Part shown: positions 1 through 9,810 of the stretch, one piece after another
Position numbering within the stretch: position 1 is the first letter of the stretch
Layout of the letters: the number at the start of each line of letters is the position of its first letter
DNA from: an uncultured Gammaproteobacteria bacterium
GTDB lineage: Bacteria > Pseudomonadota > Gammaproteobacteria > JACCXJ01
Reading direction: 5' to 3'
Length of the DNA stretch: 64,000 nt
NCBI GenBank assembly: GCA_963764725.1
Contig: CAVXTM010000012.1
Location: 1-64,000, forward strand
Program-made: the position numbers and the translations under genes
Notes under the pieces: model-generated
What the model was told of the DNA's origin: nothing
Databases searched by the model: none
Seen by the model: the letters and a program-made list of their open reading frames with translations, nothing else

Positions 1-84
1 ACGCCCGGCGGCTGGAACGCGATCCAGGCCAGAATCAGGACGATACGCCCCCGGCGGCATGGCGGCCGATCCCATGCGACCCGG

Positions 85-2190
85 TCAGTCCCGCACCCAG
101 TCTTCGACCACGCGCCGTGAGAGGTGGGGTGTCTCCGTCAGCGGCGGGTGCCGGCGCCCGGTCAATACCGCATGACAGACCCGCAAGGTCTCGATCACGA
201 GCACCCAGGTGGTGACGAGGAACAACAGCGTCAAGGCGGCGTCCAGTTGGTCATTGAAGATAAGCTGCGGCGCCTGAGCCAGTTTGTCGGAGGCTAGCAG
301 GCCGCCGCTCAATTGCTCAGCGAGCTCGCGCGCATGCGCGAGGAACCCGACCCGCGGCTCGGGGCTGAAAAGCTTTTCCCAAGCGGCGGCGCTCGTCACG
401 GTGACAAGCCATGTCAGAGGCAGCGCGGTCACCCACGCGTAACGCGCCCGTCCGGACTTGACCAAGATGGTAGTCGCAACGCAAAGCGCGATCGCGGCCA
501 GCATTTGATTCGAGATCCCGAAGAGCGGCCAGAGACTATTGATTCCCCCGAGGGGGTCAATCGTGCCGATATACAGGAAATAGCCCCAGCCGCCAACCAC
601 GAGCGCACTCGTCAGCCAGACACTCGGATACCAACTGGTCCGCCCTAAGGCCGGAATGAGGTTGCCCAGGAGATCTTGGAGCATGAAACGCGCACAACGG
701 GTGCCCGCGTCCAAAGTGGTCAAGATAAATAGCGCTTCAAACATGATCGCGAAGTGATACCAGACGGCCAGAAGGCCGCCACCGAAGGTGCTGGAAAAAA
801 TGCTAGCCATGCCTACGGCCAAGGACGGCGCGCCGCCTGTGCGTGCAAACAGCGTCGCTTCCCCCATCGACGCCGCTAGGGATTGCATTTGTTCCACCGT
901 CACCGGGAAACCCCAGCTCGTGATCGTGGCCACGGCTTCGGCCGCTTCCGCCCCGACGATACCCGCGGGGCTATTGATGGCGAAATACACCCCAGGCTCC
1001 AATACGGTGGCCGCCACCATCGCCATGATCCCGACGAACGACTCCATCATCATCGCGCCGTAGCCGATGAAACGCACATCCCGCTCGTTAGTGAGGAGCT
1101 TCGGCGTCGTCCCCGAGGCAACAAGCGAATGAAACCCCGAGATCGCGCCGCAGGCGATCGTGATAAAGACAAACGGGAACAGTTTGCCCCCGAAAATGGG
1201 GCCCGTGCCATCGATAAATTGCGTGAGCGCAGGCATCTTGACCTCGGGCTGGAGCACCACGATTGCCACGGCCAGCGCCGCAATGGTTCCGATCTTCATA
1301 AACGTCGATAAGTAGTCGCGCGGCGCAAGCAATAGCCAGACCGGAAGAACCGAGGCCGCAAAACCGTAGGCGATGACCATGAGCGCCAGGCTCGGAGCGT
1401 CGTAATCGAACCAAACGCGTAGCCAGGGCTGTGCGTCGATCCAGCCTCCGCCCAGGACCGCGAACAGCAGCAAGATCACACCGATGCAGGTCCCTTCGAG
1501 CACGCGTCCGGGACGGATCGCGCGCATATAAGCGCCCATCACCAAGGCAATCGGGATCGTCGCGGCGACCGTGCTGGTGGCCCAGGGGCTATGTTTCATC
1601 GCGTTGACGACCACCAGTCCGAGCACGGCGATGAGAATAATCATGATGGCCATGACTCCCACGAGAGCTACCGCTCCGCCGACTGGTCCAAGCTCATCGC
1701 GGGCCATCTGTCCGAGCGAGCGCCCATCGCGACGGGTCGAGAAAAACAAGATCACGAAATCCTGTACGCAGCCCCCCAGCACCGCTCCCACCAAAATCCA
1801 TAAGGTGCCGGGCAGATAACCGAACTGGGCCGCCAGAGTCGGCCCGATGAGGGGGCCCGGACCCGCGATGGCCGCAAAGTGGTGCCCGAAAACGATCCAT
1901 TTATGGGTGGGGACAAAGTCGCGGCCATCGTTGAGCCGTTCAGCCGGAGTAGCACGAGTGCCATCCAAAGCCAGCACCTGGGCGGCAATAAAGGCGCTGT
2001 AAAAGCGGTAACCTAATGCGTAAATGCATAGTGCGGCGACGATAAACCAAAGGCCGTTGATGGTTTCTCCTCGATGCAGCGCGATGGCCCCCACCGCACT
2101 CGCCCCGAGAATGGAAACTCCCAGCCACAGGCATGCCTGCCAGATCACGCGCGCAGAGGGTGTACGGTCGCGATTATTTTTCTGGTTCAT
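85..2190 (-). CDS. cstA: Carbon starvation protein A family (CstA/BtsT) peptide/pyruvate transporter
   Basis: Motifs GHHFAAIAGPGPLIGP, LLAPRDYLSTFMKIG and FITIACGAISGFH; polytopic membrane protein. Start placed at ATG 2190 to avoid overlap with the upstream gene. Confidence 0.95.
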   Translation of the reverse strand: MNQKNNRDRTPSARVIWQACLWLGVSILGASAVGAIALHRGETINGLWFIVAALCIYALGYRFYSAFIAAQVLALDGTRATPAERLNDGRDFVPTHKWIVFGHHFAAIAGPGPLIGPTLAAQFGYLPGTLWILVGAVLGGCVQDFVILFFSTRRDGRSLGQMARDELGPVGGAVALVGVMAIMIILIAVLGLVVVNAMKHSPWATSTVAATIPIALVMGAYMRAIRPGRVLEGTCIGVILLLFAVLGGGWIDAQPWLRVWFDYDAPSLALMVIAYGFAASVLPVWLLLAPRDYLSTFMKIGTIAALAVAIVVLQPEVKMPALTQFIDGTGPIFGGKLFPFVFITIACGAISGFHSLVASGTTPKLLTNERDVRFIGYGAMMMESFVGIMAMVAATVLEPGVYFAINSPAGIVGAEAAEAVATITSWGFPVTVEQMQSLAASMGEATLFARTGGAPSLAVGMASIFSSTFGGGLLAVWYHFAIMFEALFILTTLDAGTRCARFMLQDLLGNLIPALGRTSWYPSVWLTSALVVGGWGYFLYIGTIDPLGGINSLWPLFGISNQMLAAIALCVATTILVKSGRARYAWVTALPLTWLVTVTSAAAWEKLFSPEPRVGFLAHARELAEQLSGGLLASDKLAQAPQLIFNDQLDAALTLLFLVTTWVLVIETLRVCHAVLTGRRHPPLTETPHLSRRVVEDWVRD

Positions 2191-2236
2191 GAGCTTCAGT
2201 GGTTTAGTCACCGGCGTTTTAGCGCCGTTAGAAACG

Positions 2237-3250
2237 CTACGCCAAGACCGCAATGAGATAGGCGGCGTAGAGGCTACCGTTAACAATGGCGAGCTGCCAG
2301 ACGTAGAGATCCCCCACCCGGACCGCCAGCCTCAGCCATAGGGCCGCGACGTAGGCGACCAGCACCCCCGTGAATACCTCCAGGCGCAAATCCCAGGGTG
2401 TCAACAGCATACCGATGGCCGGAAGAATCGTACCCTGAAAGACCATTGCACCCGTGATGTTTCCGAACGCCAGGGTGTCTTTGTTGCGGCGGATCCAGAG
2501 AATGCTGTTCACCTTCTCGGGAAGCTCGGTCGCGATCGGGATGATCAAAAGCGACAGCAGCAGCGCTGAAATACCGATCTCGCGCGCCACTTCATCTACA
2601 TTATGAATAAAACCTTCCGCGCCGGCGACCAATAACCCGAGCCCGATAGCGATCTGAATTAACAGGACCAGCATGTGGTCGGGCAACCCGAGCCGGCAAA
2701 GATACATGTCCGTATGCGCCTGCGTGCCGTGGCCATCCATAACCAATTGCGCCGACACCCGCAAGGTCAGCATGACATAGACGAAATACACGAGCACCAG
2801 GGTCATGCCCAGAAAAACCTTCAAAGTGACGAAATAGTGGGGTTCCCGGGGGATAAAAAGCGCCCCGGCAGCGATGCCGAAGGCCAGTAAAAAGAAATTT
2901 AGGTCCCGTTCGAGCCCGGTTTTTTCGGGCGTGAGCCCACCTTTTAACCCGCGCTGCCGGACGACCGACCAGCCCATCAGGCATAAGGACAGCGTGGAGA
3001 GCATCAGCGGTGCGCCGATGATCGCCCCGACTCCTATCTCTTCGTTGACGTCCGCATGTTCGGTCCCGGCAAAGATAGCGAGAATCGGGACCATGCTCTC
3101 CGGCATGGCGGTGCCGACAGCGGCAAACAGCGAGCCCGTGACGCCTTCGGAGATTTTCAGTTTTTCCCCCAGATGTTCCAACGCATTGGTGAAAATCTCC
3201 GCGGCCACGAGAATAACGAGCAGCATGCCCACTAGTTCCACGTATATCAT
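2237..3250 (-). CDS. Sodium:calcium antiporter (Na_Ca_ex family)
   Basis: Two alpha repeats (AVGTAMPE and IATELPE...AFGNITG); about 10 TM segments. Start ATG 3250 is inferred. Confidence 0.9.
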   Translation of the reverse strand: MIYVELVGMLLVILVAAEIFTNALEHLGEKLKISEGVTGSLFAAVGTAMPESMVPILAIFAGTEHADVNEEIGVGAIIGAPLMLSTLSLCLMGWSVVRQRGLKGGLTPEKTGLERDLNFFLLAFGIAAGALFIPREPHYFVTLKVFLGMTLVLVYFVYVMLTLRVSAQLVMDGHGTQAHTDMYLCRLGLPDHMLVLLIQIAIGLGLLVAGAEGFIHNVDEVAREIGISALLLSLLIIPIATELPEKVNSILWIRRNKDTLAFGNITGAMVFQGTILPAIGMLLTPWDLRLEVFTGVLVAYVAALWLRLAVRVGDLYVWQLAIVNGSLYAAYLIAVLA

Positions 3251-3782
3251 GACGTCTACCATTCCCCGGATTGCAAACCGTCGTGACGGGCGGCGATACC
3301 TGCCGGAAACACGAGACGCCGCCGTTTTTATACGCGACAGCATAGCGACAACGCGATCAGTTTTCAGCCGCTTGACAAACGACCATCGATCGATCTCGCC
3401 TTATGACGCGGTTAACACGGTTACGTGGCGCGAGGCATTGAACTTTGCCAGGCGTCCAAGGTCCGACTAGGGAAATTCGCCGTGATGACCGCATTGCGAG
3501 CTGAGATACACCAATAATTACGCACCGCTACCATCCTGACGAACCCGCCCTTTGGCATATTCGAGTCCCCCACTGCGGTGCTTATGGTCATAAAGAACAT
3601 GCCCGAATTTGACCGATGCAGCACCGGCCGTATTACGCAGGCAGCGAATACCACTCGAGCAGCGTTCCTGGAAGAATGTTGCGGAAGCGCAGTGTGATAC
3701 TGCGCATGCGTTGAACGGCCCGCTATCGAACAGGACCCCGATTGCGGGCCGGCTTATCTATCCACCATCAGGAGGCCATCGT

Positions 3783-4043
3783 ATGAAAAATATTAAGGGC
3801 GTTTTATTGGCCACGGCTGCTGCGGCGTTATTCGTGAGCCAACCCATACTGGCGGAAGACGTCCACCCCGTCGCCGAAGGTAAGGTAAGATGTGGCGGCG
3901 TTAACGCGTGCAAAGGCACCTCGGAGTGCAATACCAAAGCCGATGTTAACGCCTGTAAAGGGAAAAACGCGTGCTCCGGACAAGGCTGGGTATCCTTGAC
4001 CAAGGAGGAGTGCGACGCCAAAGGCGGCAAAGTGACCGAATAA
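3783..4043 (+). CDS. Secreted 6-Cys bufferin (BufA2-like) precursor peptide
   Basis: AGGAGG RBS, Sec signal peptide, core CGGVNACKGTSEC..NACKGKNACSGQGW..EEC; lies directly upstream of DUF692 and DUF2063 genes. Confidence 0.85.
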   Translation: MKNIKGVLLATAAAALFVSQPILAEDVHPVAEGKVRCGGVNACKGTSECNTKADVNACKGKNACSGQGWVSLTKEECDAKGGKVTE

Positions 4044-4088
4044 GGGCTAGAGAGGTTGAGGCGGGGCCGGTTGGGCCCCGCCGGTCCA

Positions 4089-4961
4089 ATGCTCCCCACT
4101 TCGGAAAAGCGATTTCCGGCGCTCGGTTTTGGCCTCGGTCTCCGCAAGGAGCATTACGAAGTCGTCCTCGCCAGCCGGCCACCGCTCGGGTGGTTCGAAA
4201 TAGTCTCTGAAAACTTTATGGTGGCCGGCGGCAAACCCCTCGATTGCCTCGAACGCATCCGCGCCGTTTATCCGATCGTGATGCACGGCGTCTCGCTCTC
4301 CATCGGCGGGACCGATCCCATCGATGTAGGCTACCTCAAGCAACTCAAGACCTTGGCCGATCGCATCGAGCCCGCCTGGATTTCCGATCATCTGTGCTGG
4401 ACCGGTGTGAAACCCGTTAACCTGCACGATTTAATGCCCTTGCCTTACACCGCCGAGGCTTTGCATCATGCCGCGGAGCGCGTGCGGCAGGTTCAAGAGT
4501 ACCTGGGACGGCGGATCCTGCTGGAAAACGTGTCGAGCTACCTCGACTACCGCGCCTCGGAAATGCCGGAGTGGGAATTTCTCGGAGCCCTCGCCGAGGA
4601 ATCCGATTGTCTGCTTCTGCTCGATATCAATAACGTGTACGTCAGCGCCTGCAACCATGCGTTCGATCCGTACACCTACATCGAACATCTGCCACCGACA
4701 CGGGTGCAGCAATTTCATCTCGCGGGCCATCGTGATTATGGAGCCTACCGCATCGATACTCACGACGAGCCCATAATCAATCCCGTGTGGGACCTCTATG
4801 GCAGGGCAATTACGCTTTTCGGCAAGTTGTCTACCATGATCGAGCGCGATGGTAATATTCCCCCGTTCGAGGACTTGCTCGCGGAGCTGGCGCAGGCTGA
4901 GCGGATCGCCACGCAAGCGCTCCCGCCGCACGATTCCTCGCGGGCCGTGGCGACCGGCTAG
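4089..4961 (+). CDS. DUF692 multinuclear non-heme iron oxidative enzyme (MNIO, BufB-like)
   Basis: GLGLR, HGVSLSIG, SDHLCW, LLENVSSY, LLDINNVYV, FHLAGH, IDTHD and IERD motifs. Confidence 0.95.
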   Translation: MLPTSEKRFPALGFGLGLRKEHYEVVLASRPPLGWFEIVSENFMVAGGKPLDCLERIRAVYPIVMHGVSLSIGGTDPIDVGYLKQLKTLADRIEPAWISDHLCWTGVKPVNLHDLMPLPYTAEALHHAAERVRQVQEYLGRRILLENVSSYLDYRASEMPEWEFLGALAEESDCLLLLDINNVYVSACNHAFDPYTYIEHLPPTRVQQFHLAGHRDYGAYRIDTHDEPIINPVWDLYGRAITLFGKLSTMIERDGNIPPFEDLLAELAQAERIATQALPPHDSSRAVATG

Positions 4962-4973
4962 GCTATCCGATCC

Positions 4974-5795
4974 ATGCCGAACCTGCGTGAGCTACAGCAA
5001 TCCATTCAAGCCTATGTGCTTGCGCGCTGCCCGGGCGCGCAAGTCGAGGTGCTGGCGAGCCCCTCGGTAAGCGCCGAGACGCGCCTCGAGATTTACGCCA
5101 ATGCCTATCGTGTACGGCTCCGAGAAGCTTTGGCGATCGACTTCCCCGCATTGCGGGCCATGGTCGGTCCGGAGCGCTTCGCTCATTTAGCCGCGGCCTA
5201 TACCGATGCCTATCCGTCCGGGCATTTTTCCATACGCTACTTCGGGCAGCACCTCCACGCTTTTCTCGCCTCGTCCGACGATTTCCGCAATGAACCTTGG
5301 CTTTCGGAACTCGCGGCCTTCGAATGGCGGCTGGGTGAGGCCTTCGATGCCGCGCATGCACCGCCCCTGACGGCAGAGCCGCTTGCCCAGCTTGCGCCCG
5401 CCGCGTGGTCTAACATCGGCCTCGTCCTGCACCCATCGGTGCGGCGCTTGGATTTGGGCTGGAATGTAGCCGAGATCTGGCAGGCCGCCGATCGCCATGA
5501 GACGCCGGGAACACCCCTCGCCTACCCGCACCCGCTGACGTGGCTAATCTGGCGTCAAGAACTGAAAACCTTTTTCCGCTCGCTGGAGCGCGAAGAAGCC
5601 TGGGCGCTCGATGCGGTCCACAACGGCACGCGCTTCGGTGATCTCTGTGAAGGGCTGTGCCGTTGGCTGCCAGAGCACGAGGTCGCTCAGCGTGCGGCAG
5701 GGTTTTTAAGACGTTGGATTAATGATCAGCTCGTGACGGCCATCGACGCCGAGCCTGGCTTGCCGCCGAATCACGCCCCGGTACAACCCCGGTAG
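4974..5795 (+). CDS. DUF2063 MNIO partner protein (BufC/HvfC-like)
   Basis: RLEIYANAYRVRLREAL..DFP and ELAAFEW motifs; follows the DUF692 gene. Confidence 0.9.
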   Translation: MPNLRELQQSIQAYVLARCPGAQVEVLASPSVSAETRLEIYANAYRVRLREALAIDFPALRAMVGPERFAHLAAAYTDAYPSGHFSIRYFGQHLHAFLASSDDFRNEPWLSELAAFEWRLGEAFDAAHAPPLTAEPLAQLAPAAWSNIGLVLHPSVRRLDLGWNVAEIWQAADRHETPGTPLAYPHPLTWLIWRQELKTFFRSLEREEAWALDAVHNGTRFGDLCEGLCRWLPEHEVAQRAAGFLRRWINDQLVTAIDAEPGLPPNHAPVQPR

Positions 5796-6476
5796 ATAGA
5801 GCCAGCGGGAAAGGAGACTGCGGGCCACCATCCGGGTAATGAGCGCGATGTCTTTGACCGCGCGGAAATGACTGGCACGGGCATTGCCCGCGTAGAGGGC
5901 CGGAATCGGCAAGAACAAGCTTAGGCACCCCCGCTGCGCACCCTGGATCAAGATCTCGCTTTCCAGCACAAAGCCCTCGGATCGAAGATCCAACCGCCGC
6001 AGAAGACCGGCAGGGTACAGGCGGAAACCGCATTGACTGTCGTCGACGGCGTAACCAGCGGCCCACGAGATCCAGAAATTGGCGATCTTGTTGGCGATAT
6101 AGCGCTTACGCGGGAAGGCGGCCTTCTCCGCGAGGCGCGAGCCGGTGATGATCTCCCGCGGGTGGGCTTGCGCCAGGGCCAGGAATCGCGGAATATCGTC
6201 CGGCCGGTGCTGGCCGTCGGCGTCCAGGGTAATCACCGCCGAGGTCCCGGGACGAAGCGCGACCCGCATCCCGGCCCAGAGGCTCGCGGCCTTTCCGAGG
6301 TTGCGCGGATTGCGCACTAAGGTGATCGGAAGATCGGCGATGCTGGCCGCCGTGCTGTCCGTGGAGCCGTCGTCAACGACAATGACCTGGGGACAATGGC
6401 GCAAAACCCCCACGACGACGGCGCGCAGAGTTTGCGCTTCATTGTAGGCAGGAATGACGGTAACGACGCCGTTCAT
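5706..6476 (-). CDS. Glycosyltransferase family 2 (aryl-polyene-cluster type)
   Basis: IPAYNE, VVDDGSTD, TLDADGQH, DSQCGFRLYP and ESEILI..SHFR motifs. Confidence 0.9.
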   Translation of the reverse strand: MNGVVTVIPAYNEAQTLRAVVVGVLRHCPQVIVVDDGSTDSTAASIADLPITLVRNPRNLGKAASLWAGMRVALRPGTSAVITLDADGQHRPDDIPRFLALAQAHPREIITGSRLAEKAAFPRKRYIANKIANFWISWAAGYAVDDSQCGFRLYPAGLLRRLDLRSEGFVLESEILIQGAQRGCLSLFLPIPALYAGNARASHFRAVKDIALITRMVARSLLSRWLYLPGLYRGVIRRQARLGVDGRHELIINPTS

Positions 6477-6575
6477 ATCGGGAGGACCGTGTTCACCGGC
6501 ATCTTTATAGGGTAAGGCCATTCGTATGAACTGACTAGAGGAGCTTGGCCCAGGCGATCCAAATCACCCTTACTC

Positions 6576-6635
6576 ATGACGACCTTACCCGACTACTGCC
6601 GCTGGCGTCCGGCTCCCCTGATCAAGGCGCTCCCT
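6576..6635 (+). pseudogene. Possible N-terminal stub of an aryl-polyene-type polysaccharide deacetylase
   Basis: MTTLPDYCRWRPAPLIKA resembles the WRPxPLI N-terminus of that family; divergent from the GT2 gene; similarity is lost after about 18 aa. Confidence 0.3.
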
Positions 6636-6697
6636 GCAAGACTGGCAAACGTCGCTCCGCTGGCTCGGCTTCACGGTCGAGAACGACTCCGACCCCA

Positions 6698-8146
6698 TTA
6701 TCTTCCGGTGCGATTTAACTTCGAGAGCCGATTGATGGCCTCCGTGGTCTTATCAGGAAGACGACCGCTGACGTTCTTCTTGCCCAAGCTCTTCTGCAAG
6801 GTACTAAACGTCGTAAGGGCACCGGCATAGTTACCAGCAAGTTCTTGAAAGCTTCCAACGAAGAACTGGTAAAGGTCTCGCTTGTCCTCGGAGACGGTAT
6901 CCTCAGGAAATAACCATTGGAAAGTCGCCAAGTGGTCCGTCGGCGACAGGGCAGCGAGAAATGATTGCTGCTCTGTCGCGATGAGCATGCGCGAGTAATA
7001 TATGTGCCACAAATTTGACCACCGAACCGAATAATCGCGTTCGTCTGGCGGCAGTGATTCGCTATTGAGGCGCATGTCGTTGACAACGCGAATCGCCTCG
7101 TCTTCTAAGGCTTCGATCCGGTAGTTCAGGAACGCGGCGAGCTGCATCCGGCGAACATATGGACGTTCCTTGCCAGTCGCAAGCGCACGCTCGAAATGTT
7201 GTTTCGCTTCGCCGAGCGATCCGTGTGAGGCCAAGATGTGAAATCCCGACATCGCATGGGCGTAGGTGTTCTTGGGATCGAGGGCAAGCGCCCGCCGATA
7301 AAATTGTTCCGGCTTGAGTCCTCCTTGACCCTCACGTGACTTGAGAAAATCCCCCCACCCCATGTGGGCAAAACAGTCAGCTGCGGGTAACTTGTCCGGT
7401 GAGACCGCACATCGGGACAGCGCCGGAAGGACCTCGTCCACAATCGCCGAGAAACTGCCCTTGCCGACAGTGATACGCACATTCTCCAACCATGCCATGG
7501 CCAGCTTAGCTTCGTTCTCATGGACCTCGGGATTGTCGGGCGCTAACAACCGGGCTTTCTCGAAAAGTCGCCAGGCGTCCTGGTAATGCCCGTTATCTTG
7601 TTGGATCTTCGCCTCACTAAATAAACGCCCCAACGCCGTACGCTCCACCCGGACTTGCTGATACCACCAGCCAGCCCCAGCGCCGACGATAGCCACCGCG
7701 AGGAGCACGAGCAGTTGCGCTCGATATCGTTGGACAATTCGTAGCCACCCAGACTTAGGTATCCGGTGGATCTCGGCTGCAATCGTCGCTGCAACGTTTC
7801 CTGATGGCTGAAGGACTGTCCCGGCACGGAGGTATGGAGGAATCTCGGCCTTTGGGGTCGGCATCGCCATTACCGAGAGCACATAGCCCCAAGGTCGGGG
7901 CCACTTGTGCTCCGCGAAATCCAACTCCGTCAAGGTATAACGGCCCGCGGTGACAGAGTGAGGGCTAATGAGGAAAACGAAGAGTTGACTATCTTCGATC
8001 GCTTCGCGAATCTTCGCGTTGTAAGCTTCGCCAGCAGCGAGAGCCGAGCGGTCGAAGAAGACCGTGTGATTTTCTGCCCGTAGCGCGAGCGCGATCTCCT
8101 TCGCAAGCTCGCTTTGTTCAGAGGCGTACGATAGAAAAATCTTCAT
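6698..8146 (-). CDS. TIR domain + single TM helix + TPR repeat protein
   Basis: N-terminal KIFLSYAS..VFFDR..YTLTEL (TIR_2 with catalytic Glu), hydrophobic LLVLLAVAIVGAGAGWWY, then TPR-like helices (YRRALALDPKN, FERALA). Confidence 0.85.
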   Translation of the reverse strand: MKIFLSYASEQSELAKEIALALRAENHTVFFDRSALAAGEAYNAKIREAIEDSQLFVFLISPHSVTAGRYTLTELDFAEHKWPRPWGYVLSVMAMPTPKAEIPPYLRAGTVLQPSGNVAATIAAEIHRIPKSGWLRIVQRYRAQLLVLLAVAIVGAGAGWWYQQVRVERTALGRLFSEAKIQQDNGHYQDAWRLFEKARLLAPDNPEVHENEAKLAMAWLENVRITVGKGSFSAIVDEVLPALSRCAVSPDKLPAADCFAHMGWGDFLKSREGQGGLKPEQFYRRALALDPKNTYAHAMSGFHILASHGSLGEAKQHFERALATGKERPYVRRMQLAAFLNYRIEALEDEAIRVVNDMRLNSESLPPDERDYSVRWSNLWHIYYSRMLIATEQQSFLAALSPTDHLATFQWLFPEDTVSEDKRDLYQFFVGSFQELAGNYAGALTTFSTLQKSLGKKNVSGRLPDKTTEAINRLSKLNRTGR

Positions 8147-8172
8147 TTCGGTAGACCTGCGGAGAGCTCACC

Positions 8173-8335
8173 GAGCATTTTGATCAAATCCAACCAAAGA
8201 CGCTGACAGGCCCCTTTTGCGAGTCTGTTCAAGCTCCGGGTCGGTGACTGGCGCGTGCTTTACACCACCGATCCAGCCCGGCACACCCTGACGATTCATG
8301 TCATCGCTCACCGTTGCAAAGTTTATAAGTCGTAG
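8173..8335 (+). pseudogene. RelE/ParE toxin C-terminal relic (frameshifted, 5' missing)
   Basis: Hand translation EHFDQIQPKTLTGPF / ASLFKLRVGDWRVLY..TIHVIAHR..VYKS* carries the RelE LRVGDxRVxY and HR motifs. Confidence 0.75.
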
Positions 8336-8623
8336 CTGTAACATTCGGCGGAGAACCGGCAACGGCGATGGTACGGCATTTACGCTCCCCCTGCCCGGTC
8401 AACCTGCTTGCGCACCAGATTCTATACGGGTTGCCCGGACGTCGATGAAGCTACACATCAGGCCACCTAAATGACCCCTTCCCGCCCCCGCGCGGACCGC
8501 CGCATCACCGCCCTGCCCGTCCAATGAAGCAGGGCAGGTAGTTGTTACCCGTTGCGCTGCTACAATAATGATTTTGCGCAACCAGGCAGGCATTTCCCCC
8601 ACCCTTGCGATTGCAAAGGATCG

Positions 8624-9268
8624 ATGAAGCATAGAACCAACACGGAATGGCTGGAGGAGCTAGAGGCCCTGGACCCACTGCGGGAAGATGCTCTCAGGGA
8701 CCTCCGCGAGGGTATCTTGCGGGCAGCGCGAGCCTACCTGACAAAGCAGTTCGTGGGACGCGGCTCCTTGTCCGCCGAGGAGGCCCACCACCTCGCCGAG
8801 GATTGTACCCAAGAGACACTCCTTGCCATCCGTAGCAACCTGGCCGGCTTCCGCGGCGACAGTCAGTTCACCACCTGGGCCTATGCCATCGCGATACGCA
8901 CGGTGCTGGCGGATCTGCGCCGCAGGCGCTGGCAGAAGGTCAAGCGGGACCCGGAGCTCCTCGGGAAACAAACTCCGGCGTGGCCCCTGGACGCTTCGGC
9001 GCCAGGCCCAGACCGCAGTTTTCAGCAGCTAGAGGCATGGCGGATCTTGACGCGTCTCATCGAATCGGATCTCACGCCCAGGCAGCGCGCCGCGCTCGTC
9101 GCTCACGCCTTCGATGAAATGCCGCTCGATGAAGTCGCCGCCTGGCTGGGCACCAACCGCGATAACGTGTACAAGCTGCTGCACGACGCCCGCAAGAAGC
9201 TGAAACGTGCCCTCCTGGCGCGCGGCCTCACCTTGGCAGAGGTCTTAAAGATGTTCGCTATCGATTGA
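8624..9268 (+). CDS. ECF RNA polymerase sigma-70 factor
   Basis: Region 2 AEDCTQETLL..FRGDSQFTTWAYAIA; region 4 LTPRQRAAL..EVAAWLGTNRDNVYKLLHDARKKL. Confidence 0.92.
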   Translation: MKHRTNTEWLEELEALDPLREDALRDLREGILRAARAYLTKQFVGRGSLSAEEAHHLAEDCTQETLLAIRSNLAGFRGDSQFTTWAYAIAIRTVLADLRRRRWQKVKRDPELLGKQTPAWPLDASAPGPDRSFQQLEAWRILTRLIESDLTPRQRAALVAHAFDEMPLDEVAAWLGTNRDNVYKLLHDARKKLKRALLARGLTLAEVLKMFAID

Positions 9269-9436
9269 GCCAGTTCGGCCGCTGCAGCCACCCCGAGCCA
9301 TCAGTGAATATTGCACTGCGGATCTGTGACATTTTGCATAGAAATCGCCATCGCGAAAGGTTATACATGCGGGGCGGCTCGTCTTTAAAAAGTAGCACGT
9401 GCACCCAGCGTGATGAGTGGGGTTAGTGGCCCCGGG

Positions 9437-9462
9437 GTAAGAGCGGGGGCGCTCAAGACATC
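9437..9462 (+). promoter_or_regulatory. Putative ECF promoter (GTAAGA-N16-CATC) of the anti-sigma gene
   Basis: GTAAGA at 9437-9442 and CATC at 9459-9462; the same motif and spacing recur at 9730-9755. Confidence 0.6.
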
Positions 9463-9490
9463 CTATAAATCGGGATCGAGGACCCTTGTT

Positions 9491-9712
9491 ATGAAAAGGA
9501 AAGCATTCAAGCGATTGGTACATACCATCTTCGGCGCGGAAGAGGAAGAGTTAGTCTGCTCGGAATTCTTCCGCCAGCTGCCCCGCTATGTGGATCTCGA
9601 GCGATCGGGTCAGGACGCCGCTGCACTGCTCCCCAAAATCAGCCACCATATCCATCAGTGTCCCGAATGCGAGGAGGTATACAAAGCCCTTCGCGACGTC
9701 GCGGATAGCTGA
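9491..9712 (+). CDS. Soluble zinc-finger (ZAS/zf-HC2) anti-sigma factor
   Basis: LVCSEF..LPRYVD and HxxxCxxC (HIHQCPEC); follows the ECF sigma gene. Confidence 0.85.
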   Translation: MKRKAFKRLVHTIFGAEEEELVCSEFFRQLPRYVDLERSGQDAAALLPKISHHIHQCPECEEVYKALRDVADS

Positions 9713-9729
9713 GGCACTCAGTCCATCAC

Positions 9730-9755
9730 GTAAGATCCGTCCCTCTTATCGCATC
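9730..9755 (+). promoter_or_regulatory. Putative ECF promoter (GTAAGA-N16-CATC) of the multicopper oxidase operon
   Basis: GTAAGA at 9730-9735 and CATC at 9752-9755, 55 bp before the MCO start; same spacing as the 9437 copy. Confidence 0.6.
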
Positions 9756-9810
9756 TAATCGGCAGCGGGAAAGACCCGCGGTCGGTTTTCCACAAGAGGA
9801 GAAAGATGCG

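Noticed and set aside
3250-3600. yybP-ykoY (Mn) or other riboswitch ahead of the Na/Ca antiporter
   Set aside because: Could not find the conserved GGGGAGTAG or GCGAGACC segments by eye; needs an Rfam scan.
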